Positions 16,650 to 24,589 of a stretch of DNA of 52,709 nucleotides are shown here, piece by piece. The DNA comes from a virus (taxonomy: Duplodnaviria > Caudoviricetes), in IMG/VR virus record IMGVR_UViG_3300044529_000018, positions 1 to 52,709 of that record, one strand, 5' to 3'. The position numbers and the translations under genes are program-made. Under the pieces are notes generated by a model. It was not told the origin of the DNA, searched no databases, and saw only the letters and a list, made by a program, of their open reading frames with translations. The number at the start of each line of letters is the position of its first letter. Position 1 is the stretch's first letter.

Positions 16650-17279
16650 CGCGTTTTGGTGGCGTGCGAATTTTCGGGAATAGTCCGTGACGCCTTCGCT
16701 GCTCGCGGGTGGGATGCGTGGTCGTGTGACATACTGCCAACTGACAAACCCGGCCAACACTTCCAAGGTGACGTGCGCGACATCCTGCATGAAAGCTGGG
16801 ACTTGATGATAGCTCACCCGCCATGCACCTACCTATGCAACTCTGGCGTGCGGTGGCTGACCGAAGATGGTCCAGGTCACAACGGATATATCCGACGCAC
16901 GATGATGAGAGAAGGTGCTGAATTTTTCAAGTCGCTGCTCAATGCCGACATCCCGCATATCGCAATCGAAAACCCAATCCCACACAGATATGCGCTGCAA
17001 ATCATCGGCAGGAAATACGACCAAATCATCCAACCGTGGCAGCACGGTCATGGCGAGACAAAGGCAACCTGCCTCTGGCTGAAAAATCTCCCGAAACTGA
17101 AACCGTCAAACGTCGTGGAAGGACGCGAAGGCAAAGTCTGGAAAATGCCGCCAAGCCCTGACCGATGGAAAGAGCGCAGCAGAACCTACACCGGAATAGC
17201 TGAAGCTATGGCCGACCAGTGGACTCGCGCAACGCGGCCCAACACTGTATTATACGACTCCTCCGCAACTAAAAAATGA
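16584..17279 (+). CDS. Phage DNA cytosine methyltransferase-like protein (cassette-borne)
   Basis: VLVACEFSG, WDLMIAHPPC, IAIENP, IIQPWQHGH and RSRTYTGIAEAMADQW motifs. Confidence 0.8.
   Translation: MNNTLTSELPSVPPVGSMQLLGRVLVACEFSGIVRDAFAARGWDAWSCDILPTDKPGQHFQGDVRDILHESWDLMIAHPPCTYLCNSGVRWLTEDGPGHNGYIRRTMMREGAEFFKSLLNADIPHIAIENPIPHRYALQIIGRKYDQIIQPWQHGHGETKATCLWLKNLPKLKPSNVVEGREGKVWKMPPSPDRWKERSRTYTGIAEAMADQWTRATRPNTVLYDSSATKK
17237..17258 (-). other. attI-like site closing the main array
   Basis: Minus strand GTCGTATAA-TACAGTG-TTGGGC; TAA-N7-TT spacing as in attI1; no attC hairpin follows. Confidence 0.6.
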
Positions 17280-17590
17280 TAAACCATTACAATGCAACGA
17301 TAAGGAAAGAAGCCCGCAAGCGATGGTCATTGAACGCCGTTCGCGCAAAGGCTCGCATAAAAGCCGAACGAATGGCCGCGCCGATACTGGATGAACCTCC
17401 GGGGAAAGTATTCGTCCCAAAGCGAACCCGGCCCGACCTGAAAGTGATCCTGGAACGTAAGGACGGGATGAAAGTTCAATACTCGCTGCGCCTGTTTTAC
17501 GGCAAACTGATTGGCCAGCATCTCCAAATGTCACCCAAGCAGTTTGGCCGTAAGCTAGGAGCCATATTCCAACTGTGGGCAACACCATGA
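17276..17590 (+). CDS. Hypothetical basic protein
   Basis: ATGA overlap with the upstream gene. Confidence 0.6.
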   Translation: MINHYNATIRKEARKRWSLNAVRAKARIKAERMAAPILDEPPGKVFVPKRTRPDLKVILERKDGMKVQYSLRLFYGKLIGQHLQMSPKQFGRKLGAIFQLWATP

Positions 17591-17769
17591 AAGTAACCCG
17601 CTCAGGAATAATGTTCCACCCCCAAAGGAAGCGGCCCGAATTTGACGACGAGGAATTGCATCGCCGTTCACTTGCAGAAGAAGCACGCAAAAACAACAAC
17701 AACCGTCCCGCACAAGCTGTCGCAGGACAGCCACAGCGTTCTTTGATCGAAAATCAACAAGATGACTAA
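17587..17769 (+). CDS. Hypothetical protein
   Basis: ATGA overlap with the upstream gene. Confidence 0.5.
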   Translation: MKVTRSGIMFHPQRKRPEFDDEELHRRSLAEEARKNNNNRPAQAVAGQPQRSLIENQQDD

Positions 17770-17832
17770 CCGTCATCCAACAGACAGTTGCCGCCCACTG
17801 TTTCGGGCGGCAGCTTGTGCGGGATAAATTCC

Positions 17833-18183
17833 ATGCAAACCTATGAATTCGACAATGCCAGCGCATCCTTCAAACGGCGAAACCCGCATCTATTTGGTGG
17901 CATGGCATCGGATACCGTCCTGCAACCGAATCCTGAGTATGAGCCAGTGGCAGAGGATGCGAGAGAAATTGTTGACCAAGCTCGCCGTCTTGTGCGCATT
18001 ACGAGCTTCCGCCTTCGGCTCTGTGACGAGCGAAACTTGTGGGATAAACATTTCGTCGATGCACTTGTCGAGGCTGGAATCATCTTTGATGACTCGCCGG
18101 AATTCTGTCAGATTGAAGTCAAACAGGAAGAAGTCAAAGACTGGAGGCTTGAGCGAACAGAAATAACCATTGAACCGATATGA
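17833..18183 (+). CDS. RusA-like Holliday junction resolvase
   Basis: RLCDERNL..KHFVDALVEAGIIFDDS. Confidence 0.7.
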   Translation: MQTYEFDNASASFKRRNPHLFGGMASDTVLQPNPEYEPVAEDAREIVDQARRLVRITSFRLRLCDERNLWDKHFVDALVEAGIIFDDSPEFCQIEVKQEEVKDWRLERTEITIEPI

Positions 18184-18491
18184 CCTACACCACAAAACAA
18201 CTTGAAGCAGCTCTGGCTAAGATGCTGCCGGAGAAAATCTACATCGCTCCAAATGGACTGCTGGCTTGGCGACAGCCCCCGAAGAAAGAGCATCATTATG
18301 ACGACGAGCAGTACAATGTCGATGAGACATCGTTGTTGCAGATTTGTTGGTGGATTGAGGAAAGGCTACTAGGCTTTAAGCCAGAGTGTTATCTAATTCA
18401 ATTAAAGGCGAGTGGAGTTGATGCTTGGCACGCCACATGGCAACAGCGTACAGTCGAACTGGCGAAGGTGAAAGGGGTCGAGATTGCATGA
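18180..18491 (+). CDS. Hypothetical protein
   Basis: ATGA overlaps with both neighbours. Confidence 0.7.
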   Translation: MTYTTKQLEAALAKMLPEKIYIAPNGLLAWRQPPKKEHHYDDEQYNVDETSLLQICWWIEERLLGFKPECYLIQLKASGVDAWHATWQQRTVELAKVKGVEIA

Positions 18492-18694
18492 TGTCGTCGC
18501 ATCGCCAATCCATGACCCCTGAAGAAGGAGCCGCGTTTGTAGAATATCGCAAGGCAGACCAGGCGGCGCGAGCCATCCTGAACGACTTCATAAAATCCTC
18601 ACCAGACTACCAAGCCGCTTACAAACTTTCGCAGTTGAAATATTGGGCCTGGGAATCCATCCACAACAAAAACGAAAAGGCCGGCGAGCACTGA
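18488..18694 (+). CDS. Hypothetical protein
   Basis: ATGA overlap; last gene of the + strand operon. Confidence 0.6.
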   Translation: MMSSHRQSMTPEEGAAFVEYRKADQAARAILNDFIKSSPDYQAAYKLSQLKYWAWESIHNKNEKAGEH

Positions 18695-18720
18695 AACGAA
18701 TGCTCCGCCGGCCCTTTCTT
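18675..18720. terminator. Bidirectional intrinsic terminator
   Basis: AAAA-GGCCGGCGAGCA..TGCTCCGCCGGCC-CTTTCTT between convergent operons. Confidence 0.7.
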
Positions 18721-18727
18721 GGATCAA

Positions 18728-19354
18728 TCAGGAAACCGTTACGGTGAACACGCGAGCCGCTTTCGACGTGCCATCGGTGACGGTCACCGTGACAGCGGAA
18801 ACGCCGGTCTGCGAGGCCACCGGGGTAAACGAGATGGAACCGGACGGGTCGGGGTTGGTGTACACCACGTCAGGATTCGGAACCACATCGGTATTGCTGG
18901 AAACCGCGGTCACGCTCAAGGTTGCTCCCTTGGCCGTGGTGGAGATCCCGGCGATGCCAACGGTCTGAATCCCGGCGTCCTTGGCCACAGGTAGGTCGGC
19001 AATCGCGTCCAAGGTGACGGCGCCCTTCGGGGTAAGGTCGGCAGCAATCTTCGCGGAAACCGTTCCGGCGAGTGCGTTCAACTGGTCGATTTCGGGTTGC
19101 AGCTCAACCGCGCCATTGCTGGCGATAATTGCTGCAATCACGGGGGCGAGAGCGGCTTCGACCGCTGTTTCAACTGCGAGAGGGAGCGCGGCGATAGCAG
19201 CGTCCAGGTCTTGTTTTGTAGCCATAATGTTTAGCCTTTCTTCAATCCGGTGAATGATTTTTTGGTTATTGTGTGCGTTCCACTCAAGAATCTCACGCAG
19301 GACGCGAGTCAAGAGAGAAATTGATTCGGACAATTTGTGTTCCTCATCGTGCAT
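18728..19354 (-). CDS. Protein with helical N-terminus and C-terminal Ig/cadherin-like domain
   Basis: LSVTAVSSNTDVVPNP..GSISFTP..VTVTVTDG..FTVTV. Confidence 0.65.
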   Translation of the reverse strand: MHDEEHKLSESISLLTRVLREILEWNAHNNQKIIHRIEERLNIMATKQDLDAAIAALPLAVETAVEAALAPVIAAIIASNGAVELQPEIDQLNALAGTVSAKIAADLTPKGAVTLDAIADLPVAKDAGIQTVGIAGISTTAKGATLSVTAVSSNTDVVPNPDVVYTNPDPSGSISFTPVASQTGVSAVTVTVTDGTSKAARVFTVTVS

Positions 19355-19409
19355 TCATTGACGTTACCACAAGGATTCCGTTTCACAATGGGGTGTTTAC
19401 CGTATCCGG

Positions 19410-19631
19410 CTATTTACCGGAGGCAATCTGGGCATCCGTTTTCCAGGCATCGGTGCTGGCCTTGGCTATCAGAGCGTCAATGAATGACTTTTCAAGGTCG
19501 GTAGTCCATTCCCCCGTCTGCTTGGCCGCTGAACGAATGGCGGCGATGAAAGCGATGAGACTGGATATTCCAGTCGTGATGGTTGGGATCAGTTGGATGA
19601 GTCCGGGAAGGAGGGCGAGGATTGCGGCCAT
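19410..19631 (-). CDS. Small membrane protein (lysis region)
   Basis: Hydrophobic N-terminal half. Confidence 0.6.
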   Translation of the reverse strand: MAAILALLPGLIQLIPTITTGISSLIAFIAAIRSAAKQTGEWTTDLEKSFIDALIAKASTDAWKTDAQIASGK

Positions 19632-19635
19632 GGCG

Positions 19636-20082
19636 TCAATGGGTTGGAGATTGGACTATCACGACCCAGCTCTGAGCCTGATTGAGAGCGGCCTGAAGGT
19701 CGGCCACGACCTGAATCAGGATGTTGCTATGGGAGGAATTCGATCTGTAAATCACCTTGGCGTCATCCACCATTTTTATCATGGCCAGCCCTCGAGGAAG
19801 CGTATTGGTGGATTCAATGGTGATGGGAGTCCGAATCCATTCGCAGAAGGAATGGAACGCCGGGGCATTCGTCATCCAAAAGTCGCGGTTTGAATTGTCT
19901 AGTTCAACGGCAGTATTGAAAGCTGAAACCGAAACCGTTTCCAACCGCTCCGCATTGACCACCATAGGATCAGACCCCGAGGCGACGGTGGAACAGCCGG
20001 TGGAAATCAGAATTGACGCAACAAAACCAATCATCAGCACGAATACGACAATGACCGGCCAAATGGGTTTGATGAATCTCAT
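19636..20082 (-). CDS. Lipoprotein, possible spanin component
   Basis: Hydrophobic signal ending ISTGC; ATGA overlap with the holin-like gene. Confidence 0.6.
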   Translation of the reverse strand: MRFIKPIWPVIVVFVLMIGFVASILISTGCSTVASGSDPMVVNAERLETVSVSAFNTAVELDNSNRDFWMTNAPAFHSFCEWIRTPITIESTNTLPRGLAMIKMVDDAKVIYRSNSSHSNILIQVVADLQAALNQAQSWVVIVQSPTH

Positions 20083-20315
20083 GGGATGGGGGGCTTGGTT
20101 GGTGGATTGGATGGAGGAACCGCTGGTGCGCTCTGGCTGGAGTCTCCGGCGAACAAGAGGCCCAGACCGGCCAGAATTCCCAGCACCGCAGTGTTCCACA
20201 GCGCCTCAGGGTCGGCTGCCGATTTGTATGAGTAGATGAGGTGAACCACGGAGCCGACTATCATCACAATACCAGCCGATGTGGTCTTCCAGCTTGCCGC
20301 CAGATTTTTAATCAT
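20079..20315 (-). CDS. Holin-like protein (two TM helices)
   Basis: SWKTTSAG..GLGLLFAGD. Confidence 0.6.
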   Translation of the reverse strand: MIKNLAASWKTTSAGIVMIVGSVVHLIYSYKSAADPEALWNTAVLGILAGLGLLFAGDSSQSAPAVPPSNPPTKPPIP

Positions 20316-20346
20316 ATGCGCATTCTATCCTGCAACCACGCCCGTG

Positions 20347-20733
20347 TCAACGGGGAACGAGGTTGGCGATGGTTATGGGGATGATTTCGGGAGCGCCATT
20401 GGTCAGCTCCTTAAGGGTCTTGAACACCGTCTTCTGGTTCTCAATGACCGTGTTCAGGCGGTTGGTGATGATGCTGTTGTCAGACACCAACCAATTGATG
20501 GAAGCCGCATTGGAAGTCACCGCCTCCAGAAGGGTGGTGTGGAATCTGGAATTCTCGGCGCGAAACTGCTCCCCCTCGATTCGGAGCAGCTTAATCTGGT
20601 CCGGGGTCTCGCTTATGTGGACGGCCTTGACCATGCCCACCCACCCTATGCCCATCAAGGTGGCAATGGAGCCGATGGTTACAATCGGCTTCTGCCACTC
20701 CCCAAGTCTTACCCATTTGTGCTTCATACTCAC
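20347..20733 (-). CDS. Membrane-anchored coiled-coil protein
   Basis: One TM segment followed by heptad repeats. Confidence 0.6.
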   Translation of the reverse strand: MSMKHKWVRLGEWQKPIVTIGSIATLMGIGWVGMVKAVHISETPDQIKLLRIEGEQFRAENSRFHTTLLEAVTSNAASINWLVSDNSIITNRLNTVIENQKTVFKTLKELTNGAPEIIPITIANLVPR

Positions 20734-20765
20734 AGTGTCGTCTAGACTGATTTAATTGCGAGCGT

Positions 20766-21422
20766 TCATTCCTTGGCAAATCGGTAGAACATCTTTGGAT
20801 TCGTGGTGTCCACTTCCAGCATGGTAGTGTGTCCATCCACGATCATGTAATTGGACCAGTTCTTCAGGTTCGGACTGGACTGAATCCAATACACATCGCC
20901 GGGCCTGCCGGGGTGGTTCGTGTCATACTCCCAAGCCAGCGTCATCTTGAAAGCGGGCCTGCAGACAATCGCATTGGTCTGCCATGGCGTAGAGTTTGTG
21001 AAAATCGTCTGGGTGCAGCCATTGGAATTCGTGATGGTATAGCCGCTTGGCGGGCGATGATTGACGACCGCAGCCGGACCAATCGACCGCTCGGCCTTCG
21101 GCGGCATCGGCGGCAACGTCATTGTTTTTGGCACACTATTTGTCATTGCCTTCAGGTTGGCGTCCGTCTGGGCTTTCAACTGCGCATCAGTGTCGCTTCC
21201 CTCGCTCTCGGTGTTCAGCTTGAGCACCCAGTTGTCGTGCCTCACGTTTTTTACGTACCACCAGCCATCATCGGTTGGCCTGCTGACGTTCGGCTGTCCT
21301 CCTCGGTCAACACCCGGAGCCACTTCTGAGAAGTTCGGTATTCCGTGAAACCCAGTTGCAGTGCTGCATCCTGATTCAATCATCAGCACCAATCCCAAAA
21401 CGATGTAGCGCAGGAGGGTCAT
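20766..21422 (-). CDS. Lipoprotein, apparent chimera (truncated phosphatase-like N-terminus + ..YWIQSSPNLKNW..FYR C-terminal domain)
   Basis: Signal ending ESGC; GIPNFSEVAPGVDRGGQP but no CX5R catalytic motif. Confidence 0.5.
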   Translation of the reverse strand: MTLLRYIVLGLVLMIESGCSTATGFHGIPNFSEVAPGVDRGGQPNVSRPTDDGWWYVKNVRHDNWVLKLNTESEGSDTDAQLKAQTDANLKAMTNSVPKTMTLPPMPPKAERSIGPAAVVNHRPPSGYTITNSNGCTQTIFTNSTPWQTNAIVCRPAFKMTLAWEYDTNHPGRPGDVYWIQSSPNLKNWSNYMIVDGHTTMLEVDTTNPKMFYRFAKE

Positions 21423-23272
21423 GGAAAAACACCGCTGTACTGGATTTTGTTGGTTATCAGAACACCGCCCACCGAAAGGGTGATATATAAATTTGTACAC
21501 CCCGGCCCTCCGACGCTAAGTACTCCGTAACCAACAAAAGTTGGAGCGGCCAGAGTGTTTGTAGCTATGGCCAGGCTTCCATTCGCAACAAAATTCGATG
21601 CCACAACCGTTCCGGTAGTGGGGGCGGCATCGAAGTAGGTCTGCCCGGCTGGTACAATTGACATTTGAATCTCGTGGTTTTCCAAACCGACAAACTCAAA
21701 GCTTGGAGCCGTTACTGTGCTGGAACCGTACCATCTCCATATCTTATAATGAGGGTCTTGTCTTAGCCCATAACTGCCATACGACGGCTCCAATGTACCG
21801 CTCCCACCACCAATCGTGAATGAATTGGTAAACCCACTCACATGGCTTGGAAAATTAGCAGTTCCCAGCACCGTAAGTTTGTTGAAGAAATCCCCAAACA
21901 ACGGGTCGGTCCCATTACCAGCAGCCGCAAAGTCATGGAAAGAAAAACTTGCGTTCGGCGGAATACAGAAAGGCGGAACATATCCACCAGAGAACACTGG
22001 AACTTCACCACCATTGCAACTGAAGGAACCATTGTAAACCCTGGATTGATCGTCAAAGTCAATAATCGTAGCTCCATTAGCATGGCCCTCACAACACACA
22101 TTTAAATCAACCGATGCGTTCGCTATTCCTGGGGTTATTCCTATATTCGTGCTATTTCTGAACATGTGTCCAAAAACCTTATCGTCGCCACCACCGTAAC
22201 CTACATAAATACCAATGCTGTTGAAGCCACAAGTTACATCTTCTATTTTTAGATGCTCGTTCATCACCACTCCTTTGTTATATCCATATATTTCGGAGTT
22301 TTGCATTACGTTCCCACCGTTATTTTGGCGCACAGGGAACATCACCCCAACAGCATTATATGGACTCGGTGTAATCGTGTTGAAAAATCCAGGGCGGAAG
22401 TCCACTCCAAGTTCACAGTGGTCAATAAACGTCTGACCTCCATATTCTGACCAAATAGCATTAAGTCTAGGCCAGCATGGTTGCAGCAACGCAATGTTTA
22501 TTATGTACAGGTTGACAGATGAGAACTGGCTGACCGGTCCACTTTGACCAAAGATTGAATTATTAGTGGTGTTCAGGGGCGTAGTTGGAACGCAGAAAAT
22601 GACCGAACCAGACCTGACTGGACTCATATTGTTAAAGAACGTGCTATAAGACTGGCGCATTGGTCCTGCACCATAGAATGTTATAGACGAAATCGCATTT
22701 GTTGATGCTTGGTTTGCATTTGGCATCGAAATCATGCTCCACTGATTAGTGCCGGTGTGAATAAGAGGACCGACTAACATGTAGGGACGTGATGAGTTGC
22801 TTAAAACGACTATCGTATTAAAGTTAGTTGAGCAGTAATTGCTGATACTCTGGAAGTTTGTGAGGCTGCTTGTCCCAAAGTTTGCCATTGCCGACTGCGT
22901 TGCGTCAAAAGTAGCTGAATTTGAGATTCCGACATATTGAGAACTTATATAGTCGGTTATCATGCTTAGAACATAGTTTGTATTTGCGGTACTAGTGTAA
23001 ATAAGCATCCACTTTCCCACATCAGATGCCACAAATGGACCACTTGGAGAATAGATTTGGGCTTGTCCGTTTGTACACGAAATGTCGTACAACGTCACCA
23101 TGTCCGCTTTGGCTCCAAACTGCTCAGGTGTTATCGTTGAAACAAGGCTATTCGCCACCTTCGCCGTGTCGGCGTTGCCAGTGAGCGGCCCGTTAAAGTT
23201 TCCCCAGTACGAAATTGCTCCAAACACCGGCATGGAGCACGTTAGAAGTAATGCCATCAGTAGTTTTTTCAT
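21419..23272 (-). CDS. Tailspike-like beta-helix (pectin-lyase-fold) protein
   Basis: ITPEQFGAKAD motif; N/S/T/G-rich; AT-rich relative to the genome; N-terminal signal peptide. Confidence 0.65.
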   Translation of the reverse strand: MKKLLMALLLTCSMPVFGAISYWGNFNGPLTGNADTAKVANSLVSTITPEQFGAKADMVTLYDISCTNGQAQIYSPSGPFVASDVGKWMLIYTSTANTNYVLSMITDYISSQYVGISNSATFDATQSAMANFGTSSLTNFQSISNYCSTNFNTIVVLSNSSRPYMLVGPLIHTGTNQWSMISMPNANQASTNAISSITFYGAGPMRQSYSTFFNNMSPVRSGSVIFCVPTTPLNTTNNSIFGQSGPVSQFSSVNLYIINIALLQPCWPRLNAIWSEYGGQTFIDHCELGVDFRPGFFNTITPSPYNAVGVMFPVRQNNGGNVMQNSEIYGYNKGVVMNEHLKIEDVTCGFNSIGIYVGYGGGDDKVFGHMFRNSTNIGITPGIANASVDLNVCCEGHANGATIIDFDDQSRVYNGSFSCNGGEVPVFSGGYVPPFCIPPNASFSFHDFAAAGNGTDPLFGDFFNKLTVLGTANFPSHVSGFTNSFTIGGGSGTLEPSYGSYGLRQDPHYKIWRWYGSSTVTAPSFEFVGLENHEIQMSIVPAGQTYFDAAPTTGTVVASNFVANGSLAIATNTLAAPTFVGYGVLSVGGPGCTNLYITLSVGGVLITNKIQYSGVFP

Positions 23273-23276
23273 AAAA

Positions 23277-23516
23277 TTATATCCATGATCCGGTCCACAG
23301 CCACAATCGGCTGTTGCTTGTGTCCACCGCAATTCCCAATGTTCCTGCCGGCGGGGTGAACGTTGGAGCGCCGCCGGAATAGTCCGCATACCCGCCCTGA
23401 ATGCCGCCGTTTGTACCACCTCCACCCCCATTGCCAAGGGCTATCAGGATTTTCACCAGTAATTGCCGCTCCGTGTCCGATGTTTGCGGAGTCAGCTTTG
23501 AATAGTTTTCAGCCAT
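23277..23516 (-). CDS. Small virion-associated protein
   Basis: C-terminus paralogous to that of 34062..34349. Confidence 0.65.
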   Translation of the reverse strand: MAENYSKLTPQTSDTERQLLVKILIALGNGGGGGTNGGIQGGYADYSGGAPTFTPPAGTLGIAVDTSNSRLWLWTGSWI

Positions 23517-23517
23517 A

Positions 23518-23673
23518 TCACAGAAGGGTTTTCAAAATTTTGACCAGCAAAATCCTGGTCGGATCAGTGTAAAGCGGGGCGTTGGCGGTGTTTCCCTTGC
23601 TCTGTCCGATCTTGGTGAGAATGCGCGCCCAGAGTTGCCGTTTCGTGTCCCCGATTTGTGGCAGCGTGCTCAC
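23518..23673 (-). CDS. Small protein with two D-x-x-R-x-L-x-x-(K/R)-I-L repeats (not in the ORF track)
   Basis: GTG start; DTKRQLWARIL and DPTRILLVKIL; the same motif occurs in the next gene. Confidence 0.6.
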   Translation of the reverse strand: MSTLPQIGDTKRQLWARILTKIGQSKGNTANAPLYTDPTRILLVKILKTLL

Positions 23674-23676
23674 AGG

Positions 23677-23907
23677 TCAGGAATCCGCAGCTTCTCCGCC
23701 CATCATCGAGGCTTGCATATTCTTGGCTTCATCCTTGAAATCGGGCCGGTATTTGGGCTTTTCCGCGTCATCTGCCTTCACGTCGCCCATCTGCGTCAGG
23801 CAAACCTTGTCACCACACAACTTGAAGCTGCAAACGAGGTCGAATGTTTCCCCATCGGCAGTCCCTTCGGGCACCGCGTTCGGCAGAGGTTTGAATTTGA
23901 TGTCCAT
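23677..23907 (-). CDS. Hypothetical protein
   Basis: Packed ORF downstream of the capsid gene. Confidence 0.65.
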   Translation of the reverse strand: MDIKFKPLPNAVPEGTADGETFDLVCSFKLCGDKVCLTQMGDVKADDAEKPKYRPDFKDEAKNMQASMMGGEAADS

Positions 23908-23909
23908 GA

Positions 23910-24542
23910 TTAACCAATGTTGTTTCTTACCCAATGGTAGCCCTTGCCAATTTTTTCTCCAATTTCACCCCTGGTCAGCATTTGACCATTGTAATCGAGC
24001 CTAACGGTATCGCGCCGGTTTCGGTTCTGAACCGTTTTAGTTGACCATTGGATATTCATAGGCCATTCATGCTTCAAGCATTCTGGACATTGACCGCATG
24101 TATAACCGAGTTCATGATCCTTCCTGTCCAGTGAAAGTAAAACACTGGTTCGAGGCCCAATGATCTGAACGATGTTTTTCGGGCTTTCGGCAATGAATTG
24201 ACATGGCTTTATTCCCCGTCCACCGTAATGCTGATAGCCACTTCGATTTGGGTTTAGACACCGATGCCGCATTGTTACCCAAGACTGAAAAGCGAGATCG
24301 TGCGTCATTCCATGCGTCCGGCAGGCGCTCCATGCCGCCGCCTGAACCTTCTTGAATTTTTCCTTTTGAAAGCAACCGCATGACGTTGTGCTTCCAAGCC
24401 GTAACGAGCTTCCGCGCGTAACTGAGACTTTTCCGCAATCGCATCGGCATTTCCATAAAAGGTTTCTCTTTGCGTCTTTTCCGGCAAACTTAATTACAAC
24501 CAGTCTGCCGAACCGTTTTCCTGTAAGTTCTTTGTTTGACAT
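23910..24542 (-). CDS. HNH-type homing endonuclease
   Basis: LTGKRFGRLVV..WKCRCDCG..HGMT..MRHRC.NP..YGGRGI..SLDRKD..NIQWST..QNRNR. Confidence 0.85.
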   Translation of the reverse strand: MSNKELTGKRFGRLVVIKFAGKDAKRNLLWKCRCDCGKVSVTRGSSLRLGSTTSCGCFQKEKFKKVQAAAWSACRTHGMTHDLAFQSWVTMRHRCLNPNRSGYQHYGGRGIKPCQFIAESPKNIVQIIGPRTSVLLSLDRKDHELGYTCGQCPECLKHEWPMNIQWSTKTVQNRNRRDTVRLDYNGQMLTRGEIGEKIGKGYHWVRNNIG

Positions 24543-24552
24543 ACTGTGAGGG

Positions 24553-24581
24553 ACTTTAACATCCCCCACAAGTTATGTCAA
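24553..24581 (-). promoter_or_regulatory. Promoter for the HNH gene
   Basis: Minus strand TTGACA-17-TAAAGT. Confidence 0.6.
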
Positions 24582-24589
24582 GCTGTAGA

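Larger units (their letters stand above)
11931..17258 (-). mobile_element. Integron-like cassette array without an integrase: 14 cassettes plus an attI-like end
   Basis: 14 tandem attC-like hairpins of 92-131 bp; 13 of 14 cassette bodies are bounded by perfect 8-13 bp inverted repeats centred on GTT/AAC cores. Confidence 0.9.

Noticed and set aside
11931-17258. CRISPR array or REP/terminator series as an explanation of the recurring palindromes
   Set aside because: The repeats differ in sequence, the intervals are gene-sized, there are no U-tracts or cas genes, and the GTT/AAC cores with bulges fit attC.
24573-24583. TTATGTCAAGC as a XerD arm of a dif site
   Set aside because: No partner arm; better explained as the -35 element of the HNH promoter.
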